Assembly (NCBI GenBank): GCA_020845935.1
Contig: JADLEV010000072.1
Coordinates: 3,336-67,335, forward strand
Reading direction: 5' to 3'
DNA: 64,000 nt
Source: Gammaproteobacteria bacterium
GTDB taxonomy: Bacteria; Pseudomonadota; Gammaproteobacteria; Ga0077536
Under the pieces are notes generated by a model, which did not search any database, had not been told where the DNA came from, and saw only the letters and a list, made by a program, of their open reading frames with translations. Shown here piece by piece: positions 1 to 10,700 of the stretch. The position numbers were made by a program, and so were the translations under genes. Positions within the stretch are counted from its first letter, which is position 1. The number at the start of each line of letters is the position of its first letter.

Positions 1-389
1 GCACCGGTTTCTATCAGATTCACGACGGTCCCGAGTTCTCCGCGCGTCTGGTCCCGCACGGACATGCCGATCAAGTCCGACCAGTAATATTCTCCAGGCG
101 CCGGCGGCGGCAAAGCCGAACGCATCACGGCGATATCGCGACCTACCTGTGCCTGCGCTTGGTCCCGATCGTCGATGCCCGTGAAATGCACGAGAAACTG
201 ATTGCCATGCCGCTTCCAGGTGGCGCGGCCCAGCGCGAGCCAATCGTCACCTGCGCGGACCAGAACCTGGTCATATTCCATGATGTTGCCGCGGGGTCGG
301 GTGAATGATTCAACCTTGAGCCAACCATGAATCGCAAACACCGCGTGCGATCGGCCGATGATGACGGGGATATCCGGGCTATCGTTCAC
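1..389 (-). CDS. rimM: 16S rRNA processing protein RimM (C-terminal part runs off the left window edge)
   Basis: Not in the ORF track because it has no stop in the window. My minus-strand translation gives VNDSPDIPVIIGRSHAVFAIHGWLKVESFT... and ...GEYYWSDLIGMSVRDQTRGELGTVVNLIETGA, which are RimM-like. An in-frame stop at 432-434 limits the start, and GTG at 389 is the only candidate. It lies downstream of rpsP as in rpsP-rimM operons. Confidence 0.8.
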   Translation of the reverse strand, partial: MNDSPDIPVIIGRSHAVFAIHGWLKVESFTRPRGNIMEYDQVLVRAGDDWLALGRATWKRHGNQFLVHFTGIDDRDQAQAQVGRDIAVMRSALPPPAPGEYYWSDLIGMSVRDQTRGELGTVVNLIETG

Positions 390-535
390 TTGGCATACGG
401 CGATCGGGGTGATAAACGACGTGGAAACTACTCAATCCGTTTGTCATGCTGACGCGAACGCGACAGCGCGGCAGCCGGAGCGTAGGACAATGCGAAGGCA
501 TCCGGCGGCACGAGATCATCGCAGGTATGGCCAAG

Positions 536-572
536 TACGAAGAACCGACACAAGCAGTGTCGGTTCTTCGTA
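536..572 (-). terminator. 16-bp perfect stem-loop downstream of rpsP (attenuator or processing hairpin, no U-tract)
   Basis: TACGAAGAACCGACAC / AAGCA / GTGTCGGTTCTTCGTA read directly. It starts 40 nt after the rpsP stop, inside a 223-nt rpsP-rimM spacer. Confidence 0.35.
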
Positions 573-612
573 GGCCGTCCCGGTCATACCCGCGACGCCG
601 TCTTCCGGTACG

Positions 613-864
613 TTACTGCGCCGGCTGCGGGTGCGACTTGATGAGCTGGCCAACTCGTGGACTGGTCTTTGCGCCCTCGGACAACCAGTGTTGCAGGCGC
701 GCGCGATCGATTTGGAACGGCACTTCCTGCGGCGCCGCGATCGGATTGAAAAATCCGATCCGTTCTATATGGCTGCCATCGCGACGGTTGCGGCTATCGG
801 TTACCACGATGTAATAGAAGGGGCGCTTCTTCGCGCCGCCGCGAGCTAAACGAATAGTTACCAT
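613..864 (-). CDS. rpsP: 30S ribosomal protein S16
   Basis: 83-aa [33 protein letters not shown]..., the canonical S16 N-terminus. Confidence 0.97.
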   Translation of the reverse strand: MVTIRLARGGAKKRPFYYIVVTDSRNRRDGSHIERIGFFNPIAAPQEVPFQIDRARLQHWLSEGAKTSPRVGQLIKSHPQPAQ

Positions 865-919
865 GTTGGTCGAGAATCTCCTGCTGGATGACGCTGAAAG
901 TTTCCGGTTGCCCCTTGCC

Positions 920-3001
920 TTACTCGATCGCGGCCTTGATGCTCAGCCGAATCCGCCCCTGCTTGTCGACTTCCAGGACCTTGACCCGGACGATCTCACC
1001 TTCCGACAGTTTGTCGCTGACTCTTTCGACGCGCTCATTCGAAATCTGCGAGATATGCACGAGGCCATCTTTGCCAGGCAGAATGTTCACGAACGCACCG
1101 AAGTCCATCAGTTTCGCGACTCGCCCTTCGTAGGTCTCGCCGACCATCACGTCCGCGGTGATGCGCTCCACTCGCTTGCGCGCCGCTTCGCCGGCCAAAA
1201 GGTCGACGGAGGCGATCTTTACCGTGCCGTCGTCATCAATGTCGATGGTCGTGCCGGTCTCTTCGGTAATCTGGCGGATGGTCGAGCCACCCTTGCCGAT
1301 CACGTCCCGAATCTTCTCCGGATCAATCTTGATGGTGATGATGCGAGGCGCAAATACCGACATTTCGGTACGCGAGATCGCAATCGCCTTATTCATCTCG
1401 CCCAGGATATGCAAACGCCCCTGCCGTGCTTGCGCCAGCGCGTGCTCCATGATTTGCAGCGTGATGCCTTCAATCTTGATGTCCATTTGCAGAGCGGTGA
1501 TGCCATCCGCGGTTCCGGCAACCTTGAAATCCATATCACCGAGATGGTCCTCATCGCCCATGATGTCCGACAGGATCTGGAAACGCTCCCCTTCCTTGAT
1601 CAGGCCCATCGCGATGCCGGCCACCGGCGCTTCGATCGGCACACCAGCATCCATCAGCGACAGACTGGTGCCGCATACGCTTGCCATTGAACTGGAGCCG
1701 TTCGATTCCGTAATCTCGGAAACCACGCGGATGGTGTAGGGAAACTCGGTCATGTCGGGCATGACAGCGAGAATGCCACGTTTGGCAAGACGGCCATGAC
1801 CAATCTCCCGCCGTTTCGGCGTTCCTACTCTACCGACTTCTCCGACGGAATATGGGGGAAAGTTGTAGTGCAGCATGAATGCATCGCGCCGCTCGCCTTC
1901 AATCGCATCAATGATCTGCGCATCACGTTCGGTACCGAGTGCAGTGACAACAATCGCCTGGGTCTCACCACGCGTGAACAGCGCCGATCCATGCGTGCGC
2001 GGCAAAAACCCGACGGTCGCGGTGATCGGTCGGATCTGTTCGACGCCTCGGCCATCGATCCGCTTGCCACTGTCGAGAATTCCGTGGCGAACCAGTTCGT
2101 ACTCCGTCTGCTCCAGCACGGCAGTGACCTGATTCGACTGCCAACCACTGGCTTCGGTCGCCAGCGCTTCCACTGCCGCCTTGCGTACCTGGGCCACGGC
2201 ATCCCGCCGTGCCAGCTTGTCGACAATGCGATAAGCATCGGCGAGTCGTGTGCGAAAACTGTCGTTGATCGTCTTTACCAAGGCCGCATCCGCGACCGGC
2301 GCCGTCCACGCCCATGTCGTCCGCCCGGCCTTGTCGCCGAGTTCATGGATGGCCTTGATGACTGCCTGCATCTCGCGGTGACCGAACTCGATCGCCCCCA
2401 ACATCTGTGTTTCGGTCAGCTTGCGGGCTTCGGATTCCACCATCAGCACCGAGGACTCGGTACCTGCGACGACCAAGTCGAGCGCGGAGTCCGCCAGTTG
2501 ACCGAAGCTCGGATTCAACACGTACTTTCCGTCTTTGAAGCCGACCCGGGCAGCACCGACTGGACCACGGAACGGGATCCCCGAGAGATACACCGCCGCG
2601 GAAGCGCCGATCAGCGCCGAGATATCCGGATCAACCGTCGGGTCCAATGACAACACGGTGCAAATGATTTGCACCTCATTGATGAAACCTTCTGGAAACA
2701 GTGGGCGCAACGGCCGGTCAATCAGACGGGCGGTCAGCGTTTCCTTCTCGGTTGGGCGACCCTCACGCTTGAAGAACCCACCGGGGATCTTGCCGGCGGC
2801 GTAAGTCCGCTCCTGGTATTCAACGGTCAGCGGAAAGAAGCCGCGGTCCGGCTGCGCATTGCGATCGGCGACGACCGTGGCCAGAACGACCGTGTCGCCA
2901 TGGCGGACAAGCACCGCCGCAGAGGCCTGCCGCGCGATGACTCCGGTTTCCAGTGTGACGGTATGCGCGCCGTATTGAAACGATATGGATGCCTGATTCA
3001 T
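920..3001 (-). CDS. pnp: polyribonucleotide nucleotidyltransferase (PNPase)
   Basis: 693 aa; [13 protein letters not shown]...[29 protein letters not shown]...; C-terminal KH and S1 regions; follows rpsO. Confidence 0.98.
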   Translation of the reverse strand: MNQASISFQYGAHTVTLETGVIARQASAAVLVRHGDTVVLATVVADRNAQPDRGFFPLTVEYQERTYAAGKIPGGFFKREGRPTEKETLTARLIDRPLRPLFPEGFINEVQIICTVLSLDPTVDPDISALIGASAAVYLSGIPFRGPVGAARVGFKDGKYVLNPSFGQLADSALDLVVAGTESSVLMVESEARKLTETQMLGAIEFGHREMQAVIKAIHELGDKAGRTTWAWTAPVADAALVKTINDSFRTRLADAYRIVDKLARRDAVAQVRKAAVEALATEASGWQSNQVTAVLEQTEYELVRHGILDSGKRIDGRGVEQIRPITATVGFLPRTHGSALFTRGETQAIVVTALGTERDAQIIDAIEGERRDAFMLHYNFPPYSVGEVGRVGTPKRREIGHGRLAKRGILAVMPDMTEFPYTIRVVSEITESNGSSSMASVCGTSLSLMDAGVPIEAPVAGIAMGLIKEGERFQILSDIMGDEDHLGDMDFKVAGTADGITALQMDIKIEGITLQIMEHALAQARQGRLHILGEMNKAIAISRTEMSVFAPRIITIKIDPEKIRDVIGKGGSTIRQITEETGTTIDIDDDGTVKIASVDLLAGEAARKRVERITADVMVGETYEGRVAKLMDFGAFVNILPGKDGLVHISQISNERVERVSDKLSEGEIVRVKVLEVDKQGRIRLSIKAAIE

Positions 3002-3007
3002 TCGCGC

Positions 3008-3277
3008 TTACCGTCGCAAGCCCAGCCGGGAAATCAGCTGCTGGTAGCGTTGGATATCGCAGCGCTTGACGTAATCGAGCAGCTTACGGCGCTTGTTCAC
3101 CAGGCGCAGCAATCCCTGCCGGGAATGGTTGTCTTTCTTATGCGAGCGAAAATGCTCGGTCAGGTCCTGAATGCGAGCCGACAGCAATGCAACCTGAACC
3201 TCCGGTGAACCGGAATCGTTGGCTACGCGCTGATAATCGGTAACGATTACGCGTTTCTGCGCACTGGTTAATGCCAT
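3008..3277 (-). CDS. rpsO: 30S ribosomal protein S15
   Basis: Internal ATG at 3277 of ORF 3008..3493 gives 89 aa, [43 protein letters not shown].... GGAAGAGGA lies upstream. Confidence 0.95.
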   Translation of the reverse strand: MALTSAQKRVIVTDYQRVANDSGSPEVQVALLSARIQDLTEHFRSHKKDNHSRQGLLRLVNKRRKLLDYVKRCDIQRYQQLISRLGLRR

Positions 3278-3321
3278 GAATTTCCTCTTCCGCCTTCGAG
3301 ACCTGTGTTGAGTGGGCGCGT

Positions 3322-3350
3322 ATTGTACCCGCGGGCACCGAGCCGAACAA
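3322..3350 (-). promoter_or_regulatory. candidate sigma70 promoter for rpsO(-pnp)
   Basis: Minus strand reads TTGTTC-N17-TACAAT about 45 nt upstream of the rpsO ATG. Pattern match only. Confidence 0.35.
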
Positions 3351-3529
3351 GGACACCGCGTCGCACCCACATCCGGAACTCCTTGATTCGTTTGGTTAAG
3401 CGTGGCCCAAGTGCCTTCCTGGCCAGTGTCGAGTGTAACGGTAGCACTTGCGGTTGCTGATCGACGTCTGTTCGGCGCCAAAACTGTGCACACAGCAGTT
3501 CTGGTACGCCTGTCCGGTCCGACGCAGGG

Positions 3530-4489
3530 TCAATCCACATCGAGTTGCGCCACCAATCGCCTTGGCGCAATCATTCCGTCGTGCGACAACTCGCCGACCC
3601 CGATGAATCCCCCCTCAGGGTCGTACAGACGCAGGGGACCTGCCCTTCCGCCGTGCGCCGATTGGATCTTCTGGCCACGCTGGAGCCGCCGTGCCTCATC
3701 CGCCGTGAGCGTCGCCGTGGGGCAACCCGCAAGCGCCCTGTCGATCGGCAGCAACCGCCGGTCCAAGCAGGCAAAACCCTGCAGGGCTTCCGCCTCCAGT
3801 TCATCGAGCGTTGCCGCATCTCGTACATCGAACGGCCCCGCCTGCAATCGCCGCAGACTGGCCACATGCGCGCCGCAGCCGAGCGCTCGGCCAATGTCGG
3901 TGGCAAGCGTCCGGATATACGTTCCCTTGGAGCATCGGACATCGACGCTGAGGATGCCTGCCGCGAGCTGGTTTACCCGGATTTCGTGGATGACGATGCG
4001 CCGCGGCGCACGCTCCACCTCGATGCCGCGCAGCGCCAGCTTGTACAAGGGCTGGCCATGATGCTTGAGCGCCGAGTGCATCGGTGGCACCTGCTCCATA
4101 ACGCCGGTAAAACGCTCAATGACCCGCGCCACGGCATCGATTCCCACGACGTCACCTTCGAATACCACCGAGCCCTCCCGATCGCCAGTCGTCGTTTCCT
4201 GCCCGAGACAAAAGTCAGAACGATAGGTCTTATCGGCATCGAGCAGGAAACCGGTGAACTTGGTCGCTTCGCCAAAGCAGACCGGCAACAATCCGTCGGC
4301 CAGCACATCAAGGTTCCCGGTATGCCCTGCCTTGCGTGCGTTGAAGATCCGGCGGGCGCGCTGCAACGCGGCGTTCGAGCTGATGCCGACCGGCTTGTCC
4401 AGCAGCAGGATGCCGTTAACCGCGCGCCGTGCGACGCGGACCCGGTCACGATTGCTGTTTGCCTGCACGCCAGGCAACTCAAATGTCAA
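3530..4489 (-). CDS. truB: tRNA pseudouridine(55) synthase TruB
   Basis: 319 aa; GILLLDKPVGISSNAALQRARRIFNARKAGHTGNLDVLADGLLPVCFGEATK motif; position between rbfA and rpsO. Confidence 0.95.
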   Translation of the reverse strand: MTFELPGVQANSNRDRVRVARRAVNGILLLDKPVGISSNAALQRARRIFNARKAGHTGNLDVLADGLLPVCFGEATKFTGFLLDADKTYRSDFCLGQETTTGDREGSVVFEGDVVGIDAVARVIERFTGVMEQVPPMHSALKHHGQPLYKLALRGIEVERAPRRIVIHEIRVNQLAAGILSVDVRCSKGTYIRTLATDIGRALGCGAHVASLRRLQAGPFDVRDAATLDELEAEALQGFACLDRRLLPIDRALAGCPTATLTADEARRLQRGQKIQSAHGGRAGPLRLYDPEGGFIGVGELSHDGMIAPRRLVAQLDVD

Positions 4490-4537
4490 ACGACACGCTC
4501 GCGGTGATGGTCATCGCGCTCTAATTCGAGGGCTTCG

Positions 4538-4882
4538 CTATGGCAACGAATCAAGCAGTTGATTCATTCGGTCCGCATCCGCCAGCGAACTGTCGTAGCG
4601 GATGGTAATCGCCGGGACGAAACGCAGCGCCGTAGCATGCGCCACCCGCTGTCGAATCGCGCCGGCGTGATGCATCAAATCGCGGATCAGCGCGCGCGGA
4701 TCGTCCAACGGACGCAAGCAGCTGACAAACACCGTGGCATTTTTCAGGTCGGGAGAGACGGTTACCGCAGTTACGCTCAGCAAACCGCCACAACGACCGC
4801 GGCCGAGTTCACCCATGATCGGCGCGACCGCGCGCCGGATCAGTTCGGCGACGCGCTCCGCGCGATTGTATTCGCGTGGCAT
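4538..4882 (-). CDS. rbfA: ribosome-binding factor A
   Basis: 114 aa, MPREYNRAERVAELIRRAVAPIM...; lies between infB and truB. Confidence 0.93.
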   Translation of the reverse strand: MPREYNRAERVAELIRRAVAPIMGELGRGRCGGLLSVTAVTVSPDLKNATVFVSCLRPLDDPRALIRDLMHHAGAIRQRVAHATALRFVPAITIRYDSSLADADRMNQLLDSLP

Positions 4883-4905
4883 CGCAACCTCCCGCAGCTA
4901 TCAAA

Positions 4906-7449
4906 TCAAAGCGTGCGCGCGACTTCGACTCGCTCGTAGACTTCGATCTTGTCCTTCGGCCGGATATCGTTGTAGTTCTTGACGCCGATACCGCATTCGA
5001 CACCGGAACGCACTTCGTTGACGTCGTCCTTGAAGCGCCGCAGTGATTCCAGTTCGCCTTCGTAGATCACCACGTTGTCGCGCAGCACGCGGATCGGGTT
5101 TGAGCGCCGCACCGCACCTTCCAGGACGATGCATCCCGCAATTGCTCCCAACTTCGACGACCGGAACACGTCCTTCACCTCGGCGATGCCGATGATCGAT
5201 TCGCGCACCATTGGCGACAGCATGCCGCTGAGTGCCGCCTTGACGTCATCGATCACTTCGTAGATGACGTTGTAATACTTGAGATCGACATGCTCGCGCT
5301 CGACCAGTTCGCGGGCACCGCTGTCGGCGCGAACGTTGAATCCGATCACCATGCCACCGGATGCGAGCGCCAGATTGACGTCCGACTCGTTGATGCCGCC
5401 GACCCCGGATGCCAGGATATTGACCTGCAATTCGTCGTTCGAAAGCTTTTTCAATGCCTCGCTGATCGCCTCCGCGGAACCATGAACATCGGCTTTCAGA
5501 ACGATGTTGAGGGCGGCGTGATCACCCTTGCCCATCCGCATGAATACGTTCTCGAGCTTGCCGGCCTGCTGCCGCGATAATTTCGATTCGCGATCGCGCT
5601 GCTGCCGAATCGATGCGATCTCCCGCGCCTTGCGTTCATCCGCCACCGTGATCGCTTCGTCTCCGGCACTGGGATTGCTGGAGAGGCCGAGCACCTGGAC
5701 CGGTACCGAGGGACCTGCTTCGCTCACTTCCTGGCCCTGATCATTCAACATCGTGCGGACGCGACCGAACTCCATTCCAGCCAGCAGGAAATCGCCTTTA
5801 CGCAGCCTGCCACTTTGCACCAGTATCGTCGCGACCGGTCCCCTGCCGCGATCTAGCCGCGATTCGATCACCACGCCGGCCGCCGGGCCGCTGGCAGGTG
5901 CCCTCAGTTCCAGCACTTCGGCTTGCAGCAGGATCGCTTCGAGCAGTTGGTCGATACCCGCTCCGGTCTTGGCGGACACTTCGATGAATTGCGAATCACC
6001 ACCCCACGCCTCCGGAATCACCTGATGAGACGCCAACTCGTGCCGGATTCGATCGGGATCCGCTGATGGTTTGTCGATCTTGTTGACAGCGACGATCATC
6101 GGCACTGCTGCAGCCTTGGCATGGCGGATCGCCTCTTCCGTCTGCGGCATCACGCCATCATCCGCCGCAACCACCAGGATCACGATATCGGTGGCCTTGG
6201 CGCCGCGCGCACGCATCGCCGTGAAGGCCTCGTGACCCGGGGTATCGAGAAAAGTGATTGGCCCGCGCGGCGTTTCGACGCGGTAGGCACCGATATGCTG
6301 CGTGATGCCTCCTGCCTCGCCGGAGGCGACGTTGGCGCTCCTGATGTAGTCGAGCAATGAAGTCTTGCCGTGGTCGACATGGCCCATGATCGTGACGACC
6401 GGAGCACGCGGTTGCGAGGCGCTGGCATCCGCCGTAGTCGCCAGCAACTCGCGCTCAATGGTACCTTCGTCGACCAGAACCGGCCGGTGGCCAAGCTCTT
6501 CCACGACCAGCGCCGCCGTTTCCTGATCGATCGATTGATTGATGGTGACCATGCTGCCCAGGTTCATCATTACCTTGATGACTTCGGCCGCCTTGATCGA
6601 CATGCGTTGCGCGAGTTCGCCAACGGTCAGGGTTTCCGGAATGGAGACGTCGTGCACCACCGGCGCGGTCGGTCTTTCGAAGCCGTGCTTGCCAACCGCC
6701 TGCGGTACCACGCGCCGCACCGGCATTTTCTTCTTGCGTTTTCCGGATTTGCTCGTGTCGACATGCAATTCCTGGCGGCCGTACCGCGTCGGCTTCTCGT
6801 CATCGCTCTGCCGCTTCTCCCGTGCCGCGGCGGCATTGGCGGCCTCACGCGCGGCGGCTTCGGCCTGGGCGGCAGCCTGTGCACGAGATGCGGCAGCTTC
6901 CGCCTCGGCCTTGCGCGCCGCCTCTTCTTCCTCCTTGCGCCGAGCCTCAGCTTCGGCCGCGGCACGTTCTGCATCCTCCTCCTGCCGGCGCTTTTCCTCT
7001 CGCTCCCGCGCGGCACGCTGCAATTCGGCTTCCTGTTGCCGCTCGACCTCGCGGTCCCGCTCGCGATCCGCGGTCGCCTCGGCGGCACGCTGACTTTCCT
7101 CTTCGACGACGACGCTGCGCTTGATATATGTGCGCTTGCGCCGAAACTCGACACTGACCGTCTTGGTTGGCGCAGCCTTCTGGACTCTGGTCCGAACACG
7201 CGGTCGTTCGACCGGGACCGTCAATTCACTGACAGTCTTGCGTTTCAGCGTCACGCGGGTTGGCTCGATTGACTCGGATTCGTGGCCATGGCGGCGGCGG
7301 AGATAGCCCAGCAGCTGCGTCTTTTCCACGTCCGTGATCACGTCGGAGGGCTCCTTGTTCGCAAGGCCGGCATCGCCGAGTTGCAGCAGCAAGCGATCGA
7401 CCGAGATCCCGACCACGTCGGCGAATTGTTTTACCGTCACGTCAGCCAT
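4906..7449 (-). CDS. infB: translation initiation factor IF-2
   Basis: GTPase motifs ([26 protein letters not shown]). I prefer the [10 protein letters not shown] start at 7449 (GAGAGGG RBS, 19 nt after the nusA stop) over the track start at 7503. Glu/Ala/Arg-rich low-complexity N-terminal region. Confidence 0.95.
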   Translation of the reverse strand: MADVTVKQFADVVGISVDRLLLQLGDAGLANKEPSDVITDVEKTQLLGYLRRRHGHESESIEPTRVTLKRKTVSELTVPVERPRVRTRVQKAAPTKTVSVEFRRKRTYIKRSVVVEEESQRAAEATADRERDREVERQQEAELQRAAREREEKRRQEEDAERAAAEAEARRKEEEEAARKAEAEAAASRAQAAAQAEAAAREAANAAAAREKRQSDDEKPTRYGRQELHVDTSKSGKRKKKMPVRRVVPQAVGKHGFERPTAPVVHDVSIPETLTVGELAQRMSIKAAEVIKVMMNLGSMVTINQSIDQETAALVVEELGHRPVLVDEGTIERELLATTADASASQPRAPVVTIMGHVDHGKTSLLDYIRSANVASGEAGGITQHIGAYRVETPRGPITFLDTPGHEAFTAMRARGAKATDIVILVVAADDGVMPQTEEAIRHAKAAAVPMIVAVNKIDKPSADPDRIRHELASHQVIPEAWGGDSQFIEVSAKTGAGIDQLLEAILLQAEVLELRAPASGPAAGVVIESRLDRGRGPVATILVQSGRLRKGDFLLAGMEFGRVRTMLNDQGQEVSEAGPSVPVQVLGLSSNPSAGDEAITVADERKAREIASIRQQRDRESKLSRQQAGKLENVFMRMGKGDHAALNIVLKADVHGSAEAISEALKKLSNDELQVNILASGVGGINESDVNLALASGGMVIGFNVRADSGARELVEREHVDLKYYNVIYEVIDDVKAALSGMLSPMVRESIIGIAEVKDVFRSSKLGAIAGCIVLEGAVRRSNPIRVLRDNVVIYEGELESLRRFKDDVNEVRSGVECGIGVKNYNDIRPKDKIEVYERVEVARTL

Positions 7450-7468
7450 CGTTGACCCTCTCGTAATT

Positions 7469-9022
7469 TCAAGCGTCACCCTGGTCCGCGAACCAGGGCG
7501 CACGCGCTTCCATGATCAGCTGCGCTGCGCGCTGTTGGTCCAGGTCGCCAACCTCCAGCAATTCGTCGATCGACATTTCCGCAAGGTCTTCGCGGGTCAC
7601 GATCTTGTGTGCCGCCAGCTGCCGTGCCAAGGACTGGTCCATGCCCTGCAACTCCAGGAGATCCGCGGCCGGCTGTTCGTCACTGAGCTGCTCCTCACTG
7701 GCGATGGCGCGTGTCAACAGCAGGTCCTTAGCGCGCTGCCGCAATTCGCGGACGAGGTTTTCGTCGAACTCTTCGATCTCCAGCATTTCGCTTTCAGGGA
7801 CATAGGCAATTTCCTCAATGCTGGAATAGCCCTCCTGGACGAAAATACTCGCGATCTCTTCATCGACATCCAACTGTGACATGAACATCTGCTGAATGCG
7901 TTGCGTCTCGGCTTCACTTTTCTCTGCAGCGGCAGACTCGGTCATGATGTTGAGCTCCCAGCCGGTGAGCTGGCTGGCGAGGCGGACATTCTGACCGTTC
8001 TTGCCAATCGCCTGCGACAACTGTTCCTCGGCGACGGCTACGTCCATGCTGCGCGAATCCTCGTCAACCAGGATCGACACCACTTCTGCCGGTGCCATCG
8101 CGTTGACGACGAACTGCGCCGGATTCTCGTTCCACAACACGATATCCACACGCTCCGTGGCCAACTCGTTCGATACCGCCTGCACGCGCGAGCCGCGCAT
8201 GCCAACGCAGGCGCCCACCGGATCGATCCGCGGATCCTTGCTGAGCACTGCAATCTTGGCGCGCAACCCTGGATCCCGCGCGGCACCGCGAATCTCGATC
8301 AGGCCTTCGCCAATCTCCGGGACTTCGAGCTTGAAAAGGTCGATCAACAGATCGGTACAGGTGCGGCTGATGAATAGCTGCGGACCGCGCTTTTCGTCAC
8401 GAACATCGATCAGGTGACCGCGTACCCGGTCCCCCGGCCGCACAATCTCGCGCGGAATCATGTGTTCCTTGGGGACGATCGCCTCGGTGTTGCCACCGAG
8501 GTCCAGATAGACGCCATGGCGATCGACGCGCTTGACGACTCCCGTGACGAGTTCGCCCTTGCGATCTCGATAGGCTTCAACGATCTGGGCGCGTTCTGCT
8601 TCACGCACCTTCTGCACAATGACCTGTTTTGCGGTCTGCGCGGCAATGCGGCCGAAAGTCGCGGCCTCGAGCGGTTGCTCGATGAACGCCCCAGCGTTCA
8701 GCTCCGGTTGCTTGGCGCGCGCCTCGCTGAGCTTGATTTGGCGCATCGGGAATTCAAGTTCACCTGGGGCCAGGGCGAGTTGATCACTCCCCGGCAGAGG
8801 TGTGGTACCGGTCAGAGCGTCGTCATCAATCACCTCCCAGCGGCGGTAGGCCTGATAGTCGCCGGTAGCTCGGTCAATGGCAACGCGTACGTCGATGTCG
8901 TCGTTGTACAAACGCTTGGTAGCACTGGCGAGTGCGGCTTCCAATGCATCGAAAATGACTTCCTTGCTGACGCTCTTCTCGTTCGACACGACGTCGACAA
9001 CAGTCAATATTTCTTTATTCAT
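7469..9022 (-). CDS. nusA: transcription termination/antitermination factor NusA
   Basis: 517 aa, [37 protein letters not shown]...; S1 and KH regions; acidic C-terminal repeats. Confidence 0.97.
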   Translation of the reverse strand: MNKEILTVVDVVSNEKSVSKEVIFDALEAALASATKRLYNDDIDVRVAIDRATGDYQAYRRWEVIDDDALTGTTPLPGSDQLALAPGELEFPMRQIKLSEARAKQPELNAGAFIEQPLEAATFGRIAAQTAKQVIVQKVREAERAQIVEAYRDRKGELVTGVVKRVDRHGVYLDLGGNTEAIVPKEHMIPREIVRPGDRVRGHLIDVRDEKRGPQLFISRTCTDLLIDLFKLEVPEIGEGLIEIRGAARDPGLRAKIAVLSKDPRIDPVGACVGMRGSRVQAVSNELATERVDIVLWNENPAQFVVNAMAPAEVVSILVDEDSRSMDVAVAEEQLSQAIGKNGQNVRLASQLTGWELNIMTESAAAEKSEAETQRIQQMFMSQLDVDEEIASIFVQEGYSSIEEIAYVPESEMLEIEEFDENLVRELRQRAKDLLLTRAIASEEQLSDEQPAADLLELQGMDQSLARQLAAHKIVTREDLAEMSIDELLEVGDLDQQRAAQLIMEARAPWFADQGDA

Positions 9023-9044
9023 CTTCCATTCGCCGTCTTCGTGA

Positions 9045-9551
9045 TTAACCGCGCGCGTTCGTCGCTCGCTTACCCGATCCCTGCCTGCGTCGCTTCGTTT
9101 CCGGCCACTGCGGCACCAGTCGCGCCCTTTCCAGCGCCGTATACGGTACCGGCCAGGTTTGCCCCTCGCTCACCAGTACGAAGCCATCCTGATCGGCCGC
9201 CTGCAAAACTCCTTCCAGCTTGCGCCGACCTTCGATTCGCTGGTGCAAGCGCACGCTGATGGTCGATCCCACGAACCGCACAAAGTGCGCCGGCGTAAAC
9301 AGCGGCCGGTCCAGGCCCGGTGACGAAACCTCCAGAACATAACTTCCGGCAATGACGCCTTCGACATCCAGTATTGCGCCAACCTGACTGCTTACCGTTT
9401 CGCAATCGTCGATCGTCACTCCCTGCGGATGGTCGATATAGATGCGCACGGTCCCGGCAGCGCGATCGCCGAGGCGCTCGATCCCGAGCAACTCGAAGCC
9501 GAGCCCGGCAATCACTGGTTCCAGAATCGTCTGCAGTACCGACTGATTCAT
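9045..9551 (-). CDS. rimP: ribosome maturation factor RimP
   Basis: 168 aa; ...[15 protein letters not shown] motif; immediately upstream of nusA. Confidence 0.92.
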   Translation of the reverse strand: MNQSVLQTILEPVIAGLGFELLGIERLGDRAAGTVRIYIDHPQGVTIDDCETVSSQVGAILDVEGVIAGSYVLEVSSPGLDRPLFTPAHFVRFVGSTISVRLHQRIEGRRKLEGVLQAADQDGFVLVSEGQTWPVPYTALERARLVPQWPETKRRRQGSGKRATNARG

Positions 9552-9576
9552 CCGAAAATCTCTTTACACGGGCCCG

Positions 9577-9607
9577 AAAATAAAAAACCCCGACCAGTCC
9601 GGGGCTT
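9577..9607 (-). terminator. intrinsic terminator between tRNA-fMet and rimP
   Basis: Minus strand reads AAAGCCCCGGACTGGTCGGGGTTTTTTATTTT, a GC stem followed by a T-run. E. coli has a metY terminator in the same position. Confidence 0.6.
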
Positions 9608-9700
9608 TCTGGATACAGCATTTGCGGGAACCGCCGCGCTTTACCACAACATCTCCGGACCGCCTGCGGCCGGGAAGCCGACTGGTTTACTCCTACAATT

Positions 9701-9777
9701 TGGTAGCGGGGGCAGGATTTGAACCTGCGACCTTCGGGTTATGAGCCCGACGAGCTGCCAGACTGCTCCACCCCGCA
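9701..9777 (-). tRNA. metY: initiator tRNA-fMet (anticodon CAT)
   Basis: The reverse complement is TGCGGGGTGGAGCAGTCTGGCAGCTCGTCGGGCTCATAACCCGAAGGTCGCAGGTTCAAATCCTGCCCCCGCTACCA. This is near-identical to E. coli tRNA-fMet, including the three G-C pairs of the anticodon stem and an encoded CCA. Confidence 0.95.
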
Positions 9778-10088
9778 CCGGATTGCCACTGAATGTTAAT
9801 GAGTTGGGTACTTTTTTTCTAGGAGCTTGGCGGAACCAGGAATCAACAAACCGCCAAGCTCGACTCGTCCGAACTTCCACCCCCCCCCTGAAATAAGGGG
9901 TGAGGCTATGTAAAAGACTGAGTTTCCGCGCTAACGATGGCGCTCTTGCACATAGAGCACGCAAGCGCTCGATGCGCGGCGGCTGGTACAAACTTGTGCA
10001 GAGATTACGGAGAATTGCACTGCGGCATAATCAGGTGTGGCGTCCCAAGGTGAGGGCTGACACTGCCTGCCGGTTGCCGCATATATAT

Positions 10089-10700
10089 ATGAGTCCCGGG
10101 GAACGGCCGATGTTATCGCGTGATGCACAGATTCGATTGCTGGAAATCGCCCTGGCGGCAATAGATCATGAGTTCGGCCGGCTCGAGGAAGATGCGGCTG
10201 TCGACCTGGCACGAGAGCCGCCGGAGATTCGGGAGTGCAAGGCATCCTTCGTGACCATCCGCAAGGAAGGGCGGCTACGCGGCTGCATCGGCTCGCTCAC
10301 CGCGCACCGGCCGCTGGCGGTCGACGTCGCGGCAAATGCCTGTGCCGCTGCCTTCCGCGATCCCCGGTTTCAGCCACTTACGGAACGTGAAAGACCGGCC
10401 ATAGAGCTATCGATTGCGACGCTGTCATCGCTAACCCCGATCAGCTTCACCTCTGCCGATGAACTGCACGCCGTGCTCTTTCCTGGTCGCGACGGCATCG
10501 TGCTGTCCCATCATCAGGCCACCGCCACGTTCTTGCCCGATGTGTGGCAAGCGTTGCCGGAACCGCACGAATTCATTCGCGAGTTGCGGCGAAAGGCCGG
10601 GATCGCAGAATCGGTACCGCCCAACCGGATACGGGTGTCCCGCTACACGACACAGTCATTCGGCACCTTCTCCCTCGATCCGCAGACAGGCACCGACTGA
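10089..10700 (+). CDS. AMMECR1 domain protein
   Basis: CKASFVTIRKEGRLRGCIGSLTAHRPLAVDVAANACAAAFRDPRFQPL is the AMMECR1 core. The start could be ATG 10089 or 10110; the track start at 9900 looks over-extended. Confidence 0.8.
   Translation: MSPGERPMLSRDAQIRLLEIALAAIDHEFGRLEEDAAVDLAREPPEIRECKASFVTIRKEGRLRGCIGSLTAHRPLAVDVAANACAAAFRDPRFQPLTERERPAIELSIATLSSLTPISFTSADELHAVLFPGRDGIVLSHHQATATFLPDVWQALPEPHEFIRELRRKAGIAESVPPNRIRVSRYTTQSFGTFSLDPQTGTD

Noticed and set aside
9823-9861. 11-bp perfect hairpin (GAGCTTGGCGG..CCGCCAAGCTC) and a C9 run upstream of tRNA-fMet
   Set aside because: There is no T-run on either strand after the stem, so it is not a canonical terminator. It lies in the metY promoter region and I can support no function for it. 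A weak TAGAAA-N17-TAACAT promoter match nearby is also too poor to call.
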